A stretch of 54,880 bases of DNA from Patescibacteria group bacterium UBA2135 (lineage in GTDB: Bacteria; Patescibacteriota; Minisyncoccia; Phycocordibacterales; UBA2135), in contig DCXN01000001.1 in the NCBI GenBank assembly GCA_002327685.1, positions 12,170 through 67,049 of the forward strand. Direction: 5' to 3'. Of this stretch, positions 17,528-25,933 are shown in pieces. A program made the position numbers and the translations under genes. Positions within the stretch are counted from its first letter, which is position 1. Every line of letters starts with the position of its first letter. Under the pieces are notes generated by a model. It did not search any database, was not told where the DNA came from, and saw only the letters and a list, made by a program, of their open reading frames with translations.

Positions 17528-18253
17528 ATGTGTATGTTTAAATTTTTCAAAGATAAATCTGTGTTTCGTTGTTTTACGCCCGAGGTGATGATTGCAACTG
17601 TAATTGTAGAGAGTGCCATAGCTCTTTATATAGTGCTCCGTTATCACACCACACTCTTTGGTCGGATAGCGGCGGCAGTGGTCATTCTTTTAGCTTTTTT
17701 TCAAGTGGCGGAATATCATATCTGTGCTGGATCAAATGTGTTTATGTGGGCTCAGGTTGGATTTGTCGCGATTACATTTTTACCAGTGTTAGGATACCAC
17801 TTGATTTTATTAGTATCAGGGCATAACCATTTTTTGAGATTAGGGTATGCGCTTGCATTTCTATTCGGTTTATATTTTATGCTTTCTCCAAATGCTCTAA
17901 CTGAGCCGATGTGTGGAGGGAATTATATAATCTTTAATCCCACACAAGGCCTGCCATGGCTTTTTAAGATTTATTATTTTGGCTTTCTGTTTTTAGCAAT
18001 AGGGGAAGCGCTTCAATGGATTAAGAATCTGCGGACGATTCACGGAAAAGGGGGTGCGCTTTTCTGGATGATTGTTGGATATCTTTCATTTATCGTGCCG
18101 GTGGCGTTTGTGATGACAACATTCAACTTAGGTGTAAATATCTTTCCTTCAGTCGCGTGTGGTTTTGCCATCATTTTCGCGCTTATTCTTGGGCTTAAAG
18201 TTGTACCGTCATATTACGATAAACATGATAAACGGAAAACGCCCCCACGTTAA
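17528..18253 (+). CDS. hypothetical polytopic membrane protein (about 7 TM)
   Basis: 241 aa, uniformly hydrophobic helices; no motif I recognise. Confidence 0.6.
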   Translation: MCMFKFFKDKSVFRCFTPEVMIATVIVESAIALYIVLRYHTTLFGRIAAAVVILLAFFQVAEYHICAGSNVFMWAQVGFVAITFLPVLGYHLILLVSGHNHFLRLGYALAFLFGLYFMLSPNALTEPMCGGNYIIFNPTQGLPWLFKIYYFGFLFLAIGEALQWIKNLRTIHGKGGALFWMIVGYLSFIVPVAFVMTTFNLGVNIFPSVACGFAIIFALILGLKVVPSYYDKHDKRKTPPR

Positions 18254-18298
18254 AGAGCCCCCCTCTTGAATTTTTAAGTTTTTTCAAGAACTTTTTAT

Positions 18299-18338
18299 CA
18301 CGACATTCCGACATTCTTGCGAATGTCGGAATGTCGTG
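18299..18338. repeat. ACATTCC-family hairpin (18-bp perfect stem, TTGC loop)
   Basis: cacgacattccgacattc-ttgc-gaatgtcggaatgtcgtg. The loop is the reverse complement of the GCAA loops at 2780 and 17485. Confidence 0.9.
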
Positions 18339-18442
18339 TGGGGAGCTAAACTGTTGACACAATATTATTGTTGTGCTATTATCGTGCAAGATTGAAGCTT
18401 GACTGTTTTGATGTCAAAACAACACGAAAGGAGATAATTCTT

Positions 18443-18838
18443 ATGTCAGAAAATCCTAACCTTTGGGAAACATCTAAAGCGGTATTAAAAGCAAGAGTTG
18501 AAAGCTGTGACGGGGAAGCAATAATAAAAGATCCCAAGATTCTTGCTGAAACCGATTTTTTAGAAATTCGCTTTTGGTTTGGGGAAATTGAAAGCGTAAC
18601 GACACAAGATGGCAAAAAGTTAAGTAAAGGAATGGTTGTGAATATCTCAAGTAGTTATGCAGGAGAGGGAGTAGCTGTAATAATCGGATTTAATTTCGGA
18701 AGAACGCAATTACCAATAACAATTTCCAAGGGCGGGGCAGATGGAGAGCTTATAGCATGTGTTAGTGTACGTGAAATTTCATTTTTTCCAAGTCAAACAG
18801 GTGACGGGAAAGTAGTTGCTCTAAGACTAAAAGTTTAA
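18443..18838 (+). CDS. hypothetical protein
   Basis: The ATG at 18443 is preceded by aaaggag. 131 aa, apparently beta-rich, no recognisable motif. Confidence 0.55.
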   Translation: MSENPNLWETSKAVLKARVESCDGEAIIKDPKILAETDFLEIRFWFGEIESVTTQDGKKLSKGMVVNISSSYAGEGVAVIIGFNFGRTQLPITISKGGADGELIACVSVREISFFPSQTGDGKVVALRLKV

Positions 18839-18868
18839 GGTGGTCAATTTTTGAACAAAAAAAGGGGT

Positions 18869-18899
18869 GGGTCGTTGGGTAATCCAGCGACCTCTTTTT
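18869..18899 (+). terminator. intrinsic terminator
   Basis: ggtcgttgg-gtaat-ccagcgacc (one G-U pair) then tcttttt. Confidence 0.6.
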
Positions 18900-19022
18900 A
18901 TGTAAAGTTGGGAATTGACTCTAGTTCTTTCTTAATATTCATCCAGTCAAGCGTTCTGAGTGCGCCCAATAGAGGGAGTAGCGAAGTTGATTTTAGGCTT
19001 GATTTTAGGCATAATTAAAGAC

Positions 19023-19048
19023 GATGAGGCACTCCTCATCATTTTTTT
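19023..19048 (+). terminator. orphan intrinsic terminator just upstream of tRNA-Gln
   Basis: gatgagg-cact-cctcatc followed by T7. Confidence 0.7.
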
Positions 19049-19070
19049 GAAATTTTTGAAAATTAAATAT

Positions 19071-19142
19071 TGCCGGGTGGTGCAATGGTAGTCACGCCAG
19101 GTTTTGGACCTGGAAATGAAGGTTCGAGCCCTTCCCCGGCAG
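19071..19142 (+). tRNA. tRNA-Gln (anticodon UUG)
   Basis: Acceptor TGCCGGG/CCCGGCA (U1-A72, typical of bacterial tRNA-Gln), anticodon stem CCAGG/CCTGG with loop TTTTGGA, T-arm GAAGG-TTCGAGC-CCTTC. Confidence 0.9.
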
Positions 19143-19191
19143 TTAATTTGAGTGCAGTGATTGCGCACGAGGAGCGTAAAAAATATTCATT

Positions 19192-19821
19192 ATGAAAAAT
19201 TATATTCTTTTTGATTTTGATGGGGTCATTGCAGATTCTTTTCATCCTGCATTTGAAACCCAAAAGATGGTATGTCCGCATTTAAGCGAAGAAAACTATC
19301 GTAAGCGCTTTGAAGGCAACATCAATGACTGGGAAGATCCAATCAATGTTCACACAGAGGATTGTCGTCATGACATTGATTTCTTTGAAGAGTACATTCC
19401 CCGGATGAAAGACGAAGTACAAATTGTGCCGAGAATGAGAGAAGTAATCATTGAACTTGAGAAAGAATATACACTTGTGGTGATTTCTTCTACGATCACT
19501 AGCCCGATTCAAGAGTTTCTATCTTCTCATGAGCTGGATAGCCACTTTGCATGGATTATGGGTAATGATGTGCACCAGAGTAAAGTTGAAAAAATAAAAA
19601 TGGTATTCGAAAAATATAATATTACTTCAAAAGACTGTGTATTCATCACTGACACCTTGGGGGACATGCGAGAGGCAGAGAAGATGAGCGTCGGAACAAT
19701 TGGTGTTACATGGGGTTTTCATGTGCCAGAAACACTCAAGCAGGGTAATCCATTTCGTTTGGTTGACAGCCCCAAAACTTTGCCTATGGCTGTTTCTGAT
19801 TATTTTAGTATGACCAAGTAA
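19192..19821 (+). CDS. HAD-IA family hydrolase (phosphatase)
   Basis: Motif I FDFDGVIADS, motif II VVISST, motif IV ITDTLGD. Confidence 0.8.
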   Translation: MKNYILFDFDGVIADSFHPAFETQKMVCPHLSEENYRKRFEGNINDWEDPINVHTEDCRHDIDFFEEYIPRMKDEVQIVPRMREVIIELEKEYTLVVISSTITSPIQEFLSSHELDSHFAWIMGNDVHQSKVEKIKMVFEKYNITSKDCVFITDTLGDMREAEKMSVGTIGVTWGFHVPETLKQGNPFRLVDSPKTLPMAVSDYFSMTK

Positions 19822-19933
19822 TTTAAGATGCTCTGGGAGCGTCGTGTTGGTAAAATAAATCTATTGAAAATAACCTTGCGGGGCTTGACTGACAAAAGTT
19901 CTAGCTCGTGATGGTCAGTTCGCTAATTATAAT

Positions 19934-20041
19934 ATGCAAAAGAAAAACATCATTTTTATAGCAATTGCTGTAGTGGTGTTTCTGCTTATCTGGATAGAGC
20001 TTGGTGTTGGTATTTTCGGCACTCCGTGGTCAGGGTCTTAG
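19934..20041 (+). CDS. candidate 35-aa TM peptide
   Basis: MQKKNIIFIAIAVVVFLLIWIELGVGIFGTPWSGS. No clear RBS. Confidence 0.25.
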   Translation: MQKKNIIFIAIAVVVFLLIWIELGVGIFGTPWSGS

Positions 20042-20119
20042 TTAAAGAAGTTCCAGCTTGAGGCTAGTCTGCCTTTGGCAGAGAAAGTGAAGGAAATGAG
20101 GTAGGTTAAAAATTGTTGT

Positions 20120-20222
20120 ATTCTACCAAAATTGAGGAGGATTTTGCTCAAATAATCTCTATTCCATCAAAACCTTGCAAGGTTTTGATGGAATAGGGCT
20201 TTTGAAAAAGGTTCAATTTTGG
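20120..20222 (+). repeat. ~103-nt repeated element with 38-nt perfect palindrome, copy 1
   Basis: attctaccaaaattgaggagg...ctattccatcaaaaccttg|caaggttttgatggaatag (palindrome 20159-20196)...gaaaaaggttcaattttgg. Second copy in the same orientation at 44910-45022. Confidence 0.9.
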
Positions 20223-20286
20223 TCATATAAAATAGTAAAATTTCAGTAAACCATTGACTGTAACGTATTTAAGTTGTAACCTAAAC

Positions 20287-20313
20287 ATGCGCATAGCTGT
20301 GCGCATTTTTTTT
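20287..20313 (+). terminator. terminator-like hairpin 12 nt before the typA start
   Basis: atgcgca-tagctg-tgcgcat followed by T8. Confidence 0.65.
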
Positions 20314-20324
20314 AACGACATAAC

Positions 20325-22115
20325 ATGAATCAAGAAATTAGAAATATCGCAATCATAGCTCACGTTGACCACGGTAAGACAACTCTTACTGATGCTTTAC
20401 TGCGAGAGATGGGCGCGGTTAAAAGTGGCGTGTCAATGGACTCAAACTCTCTTGAACAAGAGAGGGGTATTACTATTTATTCAAAGAACGCATCTGTAAT
20501 ATATAAAGATACGAAAATTAATATTGTTGATACACCAGGACACGCTGATTTTGGATCTGAAGTTGAGCGAGTGCTTCGTTCAATTGATTCAGTGCTATTA
20601 GTTGTTGACGCTCAAGAGGGGCCAATGCCGCAAACTCGTTTTGTATTAAAAAAATCTCTAGAGCTTGGTCTACGGCCTATCGTAGTTATTAATAAAATAG
20701 ACAAACCCGCGGCTAATCCGAGCCACGCTGAAGAGTTAGTGCTTGAGCTTTTTCTTGAACTTGGCGCAAATGATGAACAGGCGGATTTTGAAGTGGTCTA
20801 TGCAATAGGGCGTGATGGTGTGGCAAAAAGAAACCTTAAAGATGACATGGTAAATTTGGTACCTCTTTTGGACACTATTATTGAAACCGTACCTGCCGCA
20901 AAATCGTATAAAGAAGGAGATGCGTTATCCGCGCAAGTATTCAATCTTGGCTATGATGATTTTACAGGACGACTTGCTGTCGCACGAATTTATGAGGGCA
21001 AAGTTTCTCTTGGTGCGTCACTTTTTATAAAACAAGAAGGAGGTAAAACACGAAGTGGAAAAGTTACCAAACTCTCAACATTTAAAGGATTAGAACAAGT
21101 GCCAGTAGAAGAAGCTTTTGCTGGTGACATTGTACTGATTGCGGGACTTAATGATATTAACATCGGAGAGACTCTCACAACTGACGAACACACAAAACCA
21201 CTTCCTGCTATTGCGATTGATGAGCCGACGATTAGTTTGCGGTTTATGGCAAACACGTCTCCGTTTGCGGGTCGGGAGGGTAAATATGTAACAGGAAGAC
21301 AAATCAAAGAACGGCTTGAGAAGGAGCTTGAAATTAATGTTGGATTACAAATAGATTTTAGCGAGGGAGACGCATTTAAAGTGTTTGGGCGAGGCGAAAT
21401 GCACATCGCTATTCTTCTTGAAAATATGCGTAGAGAAGGATACGAACTCGCAGTATCACAACCACAAGTTATTTTTCATAAAGAAGATGATGGTAAAGTG
21501 CACGAGCCGTACGAAGAGGTTATAGTTGATATACCAGAGTCATATCAAGGCGCGGTGATTAAACGACTTTCAAGCAGGGCTTTCGTTATGCAGAACATGA
21601 ACACGACGGATAATCAGGTGCGACTTATTTTTGAAGGTCCAACGCGAGGACTTCTGGGATACAGAGGGCAGTTTGTTATTGATACAAAAGGCGAGGGTAT
21701 TTTATGTTCTCGGATGCTTGGTTTTCGCCCGTTTGCGGGTGAAATAAAAAAACGTGTTGTTGGCTCAATGATATCTATGGCGACAGGAAAAGCGTTGGGC
21801 TTTTCTCTTTGGAATTTACAGGAACGCGGGATACTTTATATTGGTCATGGGACTGATATTTATGAAGGGATGGTTGTTGGGAATACTTCCAAAGGTGAAG
21901 AGATGGTTGTAAATCCAACTAAAGGAAAACAACTTACAAACATACGCGCGGCTGGATCCGATGACACGATTGATATTACCCCACACCAAGAACTTACAAT
22001 TGAAAATGGGCTTGAGATTATGTCAGATGATGAGCTTCTTGAAGTAACGCCATTGTCCGTGCGACTCCGTAAGCAATATCTTACGGAGAATGAACGCGTT
22101 AAACACAAGCGATAA
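20325..22115 (+). CDS. typA: translational GTPase TypA/BipA
   Basis: [22 protein letters not shown]; 596 aa with EF-G-like domains. Confidence 0.95.
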   Translation: MNQEIRNIAIIAHVDHGKTTLTDALLREMGAVKSGVSMDSNSLEQERGITIYSKNASVIYKDTKINIVDTPGHADFGSEVERVLRSIDSVLLVVDAQEGPMPQTRFVLKKSLELGLRPIVVINKIDKPAANPSHAEELVLELFLELGANDEQADFEVVYAIGRDGVAKRNLKDDMVNLVPLLDTIIETVPAAKSYKEGDALSAQVFNLGYDDFTGRLAVARIYEGKVSLGASLFIKQEGGKTRSGKVTKLSTFKGLEQVPVEEAFAGDIVLIAGLNDINIGETLTTDEHTKPLPAIAIDEPTISLRFMANTSPFAGREGKYVTGRQIKERLEKELEINVGLQIDFSEGDAFKVFGRGEMHIAILLENMRREGYELAVSQPQVIFHKEDDGKVHEPYEEVIVDIPESYQGAVIKRLSSRAFVMQNMNTTDNQVRLIFEGPTRGLLGYRGQFVIDTKGEGILCSRMLGFRPFAGEIKKRVVGSMISMATGKALGFSLWNLQERGILYIGHGTDIYEGMVVGNTSKGEEMVVNPTKGKQLTNIRAAGSDDTIDITPHQELTIENGLEIMSDDELLEVTPLSVRLRKQYLTENERVKHKR

Positions 22116-22163
22116 CTTTGTTCAACTGCGTCGCTAAAAACAAAAGTTTAATTTTTTGCTTTT

Positions 22164-22673
22164 ATGTTTAATTTCGGTGAAATTTGGGGTTATCCTACTG
22201 ATACCAGCTTTGGCTTAGGTGTTAGGGCTGATGACGCGAATAGTCTTGAGCGATTAGCTAAATTAAAAGGGGACAGATCTGAAAAATATTTCTCTCTTAT
22301 GTGTGCCGACGAAAAAATGCTTCGCGCTTTTGCTAAGGTGCCGGAGGGTTTTGATGCGTATGATTTCTTTTTTGAGAAACCGCGAACGGTATTATTTGAA
22401 CCGACTGACACATTGCCAAAATCTAAATTCTGGCCGAGTGACAAGGTGGCCTTTAGAGTTTCCACTATTTCGGAGATAGCCCAACATATTAAATTTCCCG
22501 TGACTGCAACTTCCGCGAATTTAGCCAGTCAAAATCCTATTTTTACAGTAGCTGAACTGCAAAAAATTTTTGGAGGGAAAATTAAAATCTACGATAAAAT
22601 TTCTGCATTAGAGAAAAAACTCTCAAGCGAGATATGGGATTTTACAGAAAATCCGACCAAACAAATTCGATAA
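22164..22673 (+). CDS. tsaC: YrdC/Sua5-domain L-threonylcarbamoyladenylate synthase
   Basis: YPTDTSFGLGVRADD...LKGDRSEKYFSLM...TSANLASQ. Confidence 0.7.
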   Translation: MFNFGEIWGYPTDTSFGLGVRADDANSLERLAKLKGDRSEKYFSLMCADEKMLRAFAKVPEGFDAYDFFFEKPRTVLFEPTDTLPKSKFWPSDKVAFRVSTISEIAQHIKFPVTATSANLASQNPIFTVAELQKIFGGKIKIYDKISALEKKLSSEIWDFTENPTKQIR

Positions 22674-22699
22674 TCTCTCTGAGGTAATTACTAATGCCC

Positions 22700-22737
22700 A
22701 AAAAAATATACCCCTAACAGAAATCTGCTAGAGGTAT
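22700..22737 (-). terminator. probable terminator for ORF 22745-23440
   Basis: atacccctaacag-aaat-ctgctagaggtat (11/13 bp). The A-run on the + strand gives a U-tract on the - strand. Confidence 0.5.
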
Positions 22738-22744
22738 TTAAGGC

Positions 22745-23440
22745 TTAATGATTTATATTGCGTCTCGTGAGCCATTTACCAAGATGCTGATGTACATCTC
22801 CTTTTGATATTTTCCACAGATTTACAATTTTTTGATTGTAGTCGTCTGGATTAGGAAAATATTTTCCCCAACCTTCAAGATTTATCACGAGTCCTTTTAA
22901 TTGATGGACCGTAAGTGTTGTACTTGTAAGAGTGTCTTGCAGAGCGGCAAATGCATGATAGTGATGCGAGCTTTTTATCATTGCATTTATCCAAGCCACA
23001 GGATTGCTATTTTTTACCGCTCCAAGAGAGTGAATTTCTTGCAGGGTAAGATTTCCGCCAAGCTCTATAAAACCGTTTAGTGCAAATACTTTGAGGTTGT
23101 CCGGAAGCGCATGTTTGCCAAAAAGACGACTATGAAATGCTAACGTGAGCTTATCTTTCTCGTATTCCAAGGATTTTGATAGGAGCCATAAAGAACGCCA
23201 ATAGGTGACAGCGTCCTCATCGCTTTGCGTGCGTGGGGGTTCGTTAATTAGAGACAAGAATGCGTCTAAAACAGCCACGGCTTCCACCTTATCACTTTCC
23301 GCTTCTTCTAACTTGTCAGCAAGTCTGCCAAATGGCGTATTTCCACTGCGGTTAGGATAACGGCTTCGTTCGGCTATGATTGTCTTTACAATTTTATCTC
23401 GCCAAGTTTGAGCCCGAATATTTAATTTTGCCATGAACAT
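22745..23440 (-). CDS. hypothetical protein (apparently all-alpha)
   Basis: 231 aa ORF with its own terminator and a divergent promoter region; no motif I recognise. Confidence 0.6.
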   Translation of the reverse strand: MFMAKLNIRAQTWRDKIVKTIIAERSRYPNRSGNTPFGRLADKLEEAESDKVEAVAVLDAFLSLINEPPRTQSDEDAVTYWRSLWLLSKSLEYEKDKLTLAFHSRLFGKHALPDNLKVFALNGFIELGGNLTLQEIHSLGAVKNSNPVAWINAMIKSSHHYHAFAALQDTLTSTTLTVHQLKGLVINLEGWGKYFPNPDDYNQKIVNLWKISKGDVHQHLGKWLTRRNINH

Positions 23441-23507
23441 CTCTCCTGGTGTATGCTGTTTGGTGCGAATGTGAATCTGCGCAAAGCATAATGGATTACA
23501 CGAAAGG

Positions 23508-23548
23508 TGTCAATAATTGACATAATGGCTCAATCGACAGATTGAGCC
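23508..23548. promoter_or_regulatory. candidate operator palindrome plus hairpin in divergent promoter region
   Basis: TGTCAAT-A-ATTGACA (23508-23522), then ggctcaatc-gaca-gattgagcc (23527-23548). Direct repeat cataatgg at 23487 and 23521. Confidence 0.35.
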
Positions 23549-23647
23549 GTTGAGGATGATGAAAATTATCTTGTGATTTTTTTCGTATGATGTAGTATGC
23601 GGGTAGAATTAGTGTAGAAAAACTAGAAACAGAAAAGGAGACGATAC

Positions 23648-24955
23648 ATGTCTGTGGTTTATAAAAAAGACAAACTACTTAGCGAAGGAAAAACAAAGAA
23701 GGTTTTCTCTGTAGAGAATAATTCATCCATCGTTATTGTTGAATCAAAAGATGACATTACTGCCGGCGATGGGGCAAAACGAGAGGTTATCCCAGACAAG
23801 GGCACATGGGCAACGGCAACTACGAGCAATGTATTCCGCCTTTTAGAAGAATGTGGTAAGCGCACCGCATTTCGTGAACAAATCTCTCCGACAGAGTTTG
23901 TTGCAGAGAAGTGTGACATGACAGATCTTGAGGTGATAGCTAGAAGAGAAGGTCACGGGTCACACCTAAAAAGAAATCCACATCATCAAAAAGGGGTCTT
24001 TTTCCCGAAGCTTCTTGTTGAATTTTATCTCAAGACAAGCGATAAAAAATGGAGAGGCAAAGATCTTCCTGTCAATGATCCTCTAATTCAGTTTATACAT
24101 AGAGAAAACGGTACAATAAAAGGAATAGAGCTTTATAGACCTGATAAACCACTTGCGGCACAAGTTCCTTTTATGACTGTAGACCATTTTCCGTTTAAGT
24201 GGGATCAAAAAGCACTTGTGGATATGGAAGATACCGCGCGAACTAGTTTCTTAATACTTGAAAAAGCGTGGCTGATTGAAGGATATCGTCTGGTTGACTT
24301 TAAAATAGAATTTGGTTTCAATGCTGATCGCAAATTGGTACTTGCTGATGTTATTGATAATGACTCATGGCGGATTGTACGTTCTGATTCATATTATGAT
24401 AAACAAGTGTTTCGCGATGGTGGTGAACTTAGCGATGTTGCCAAAAAATATTCAACTGTCGCCGAAGCAACAAAACATTTTCGCCTTCCTCGTCAAAGGA
24501 TTATTCTCTGGAGAGGCTCGGAGGGTGATGATATATCATCTTTTGAAACTGGATTTGAGAATTTTTTTGGGTTACCGGATTGTGAGCTTAGATACCATAC
24601 AAGGTCTATGCATAAACAAACAAGGCAGGGGCTTGATGAACTTGATAGTTGGGTTAATAGTACTAAAGATGGAGACATCGGTTGCGTGAACACTGTCGTA
24701 ATTGCTTATGTCGGCATGAGCAATGGCGCTGGTCCAACATTGGCCGCGCATACTCATGTTCCCGTTATAGCCTGTTCTCCCACTGTAAAAGATTTTCCAG
24801 AAGATATTTGGTCATCTTTGCGAATGCCCAGTGGTGTTCCCCTCATGACAGTTCTTTCCCCTAGAAACGCGCTTCTTGCCGCTTTTGGAATTCTTGCAAT
24901 ACGAAGCCCGCGTGTCTACGCGCTTTTACGGAGATCTATTGAGGAACGTTTGTAA
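23648..24955 (+). CDS. fused SAICAR synthetase / PurE-like AIR carboxylase (PAICS-like)
   Basis: N-terminal half: SEGKTKKVF, SKDDITAGDGAK, VDFKIEFG, LADVIDNDSWR. C-terminal half: YVGMSNGAGPTLAAHTHVPVIACSP and WSSLRMPSGVPLMTVLSP. aaaaggag lies upstream of the ATG. Confidence 0.8.
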   Translation: MSVVYKKDKLLSEGKTKKVFSVENNSSIVIVESKDDITAGDGAKREVIPDKGTWATATTSNVFRLLEECGKRTAFREQISPTEFVAEKCDMTDLEVIARREGHGSHLKRNPHHQKGVFFPKLLVEFYLKTSDKKWRGKDLPVNDPLIQFIHRENGTIKGIELYRPDKPLAAQVPFMTVDHFPFKWDQKALVDMEDTARTSFLILEKAWLIEGYRLVDFKIEFGFNADRKLVLADVIDNDSWRIVRSDSYYDKQVFRDGGELSDVAKKYSTVAEATKHFRLPRQRIILWRGSEGDDISSFETGFENFFGLPDCELRYHTRSMHKQTRQGLDELDSWVNSTKDGDIGCVNTVVIAYVGMSNGAGPTLAAHTHVPVIACSPTVKDFPEDIWSSLRMPSGVPLMTVLSPRNALLAAFGILAIRSPRVYALLRRSIEERL

Positions 24956-24977
24956 ACGTTGTAATAAGAATTTTCAA

Positions 24978-25004
24978 AGTCCCGCTTTTAGCGGGACTTT
25001 TTTG
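24978..25004 (+). terminator. intrinsic terminator
   Basis: agtcccgc-tttta-gcgggact then T6. Confidence 0.85.
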
Positions 25005-25134
25005 TTAAAAAAAGGATTTCCCTCCACGATTCAACTTACTCTTACTGGCTGGGGAACTTATTCATTGATATTATGTAAAGAAACAGTGTAAAATAGACTA
25101 ACTGATGATTAATAGTTAAAATTAAAAAATTAAA

Positions 25135-25917
25135 ATGGCTACAGAACAAGAAAAATTAGACTACAGCGAACCCATTGAAGTTTCAGATGGAATATATTGG
25201 TTAGGTTTTTATGATGAAAATGCGGCTTTTCATTCCAATCCGTATCTTATTAAAGACGGTGACGAAGTGGTTATTATTGATCCTGCGGGAATTACAGAAT
25301 ATCCACAGGTGGCAAGTAAGATTTTTTCAATAATTAAACCATCACAGGTTTCTCATATAATACTTCATCACCAAGATCCAGATCTTTGTGCCGCGGTACC
25401 CATGCTGGAGAATGCTGTTGGAAATAAAGATCTAAAACTTGTTACTCACAGTAGGGCAAGTGTGTTAATTCATTACTATGGAGTAAAATCTGATTTCTAT
25501 TTAGTAGATAAAAACGATTATTCTCTAACTTTAAAAAGTGGAAGGCGGTTGAAATTTATGACTACGCCCTTTATGCATTTTCCGGCGGCAATAGTTACTT
25601 ATGATGAGACTAGTAAAATACTTTTTTCTTCAGATATTTTCGGGGCTATTTCAAAAGATTGGAGTCTTTATGCTTCTGAAGGATATCAAGAAAAGATGTC
25701 AGTTTTTCACAAAGGTTACATGCCCTCAAATAAATTTCTTAGTGCGTTTATAGAGAAAATTGAGCCACTAGATATAGACATGATATTACCGCAACATGGT
25801 TCAATAATTAAAGGAGACATGGTGCCAAAGTGTATGGATTTTTTGAAGACGCTTGAGGTCGGGTTAGATTTGGCTTCTAGTGATGAGGAGTTGTATGGTT
25901 GGATTCCAAAAGCATAA
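25135..25917 (+). CDS. flavodiiron-type metallo-beta-lactamase core without flavodoxin domain (ODP-like)
   Basis: YWLGFYDE...NPYLI, LHHQDPD (the H-x-E-x-D-H position), LFSSDIFG, LPQHGSII. 260 aa; ends before any flavodoxin module. Confidence 0.7.
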   Translation: MATEQEKLDYSEPIEVSDGIYWLGFYDENAAFHSNPYLIKDGDEVVIIDPAGITEYPQVASKIFSIIKPSQVSHIILHHQDPDLCAAVPMLENAVGNKDLKLVTHSRASVLIHYYGVKSDFYLVDKNDYSLTLKSGRRLKFMTTPFMHFPAAIVTYDETSKILFSSDIFGAISKDWSLYASEGYQEKMSVFHKGYMPSNKFLSAFIEKIEPLDIDMILPQHGSIIKGDMVPKCMDFLKTLEVGLDLASSDEELYGWIPKA

Positions 25918-25933
25918 TCCGAAAAAATAAATA

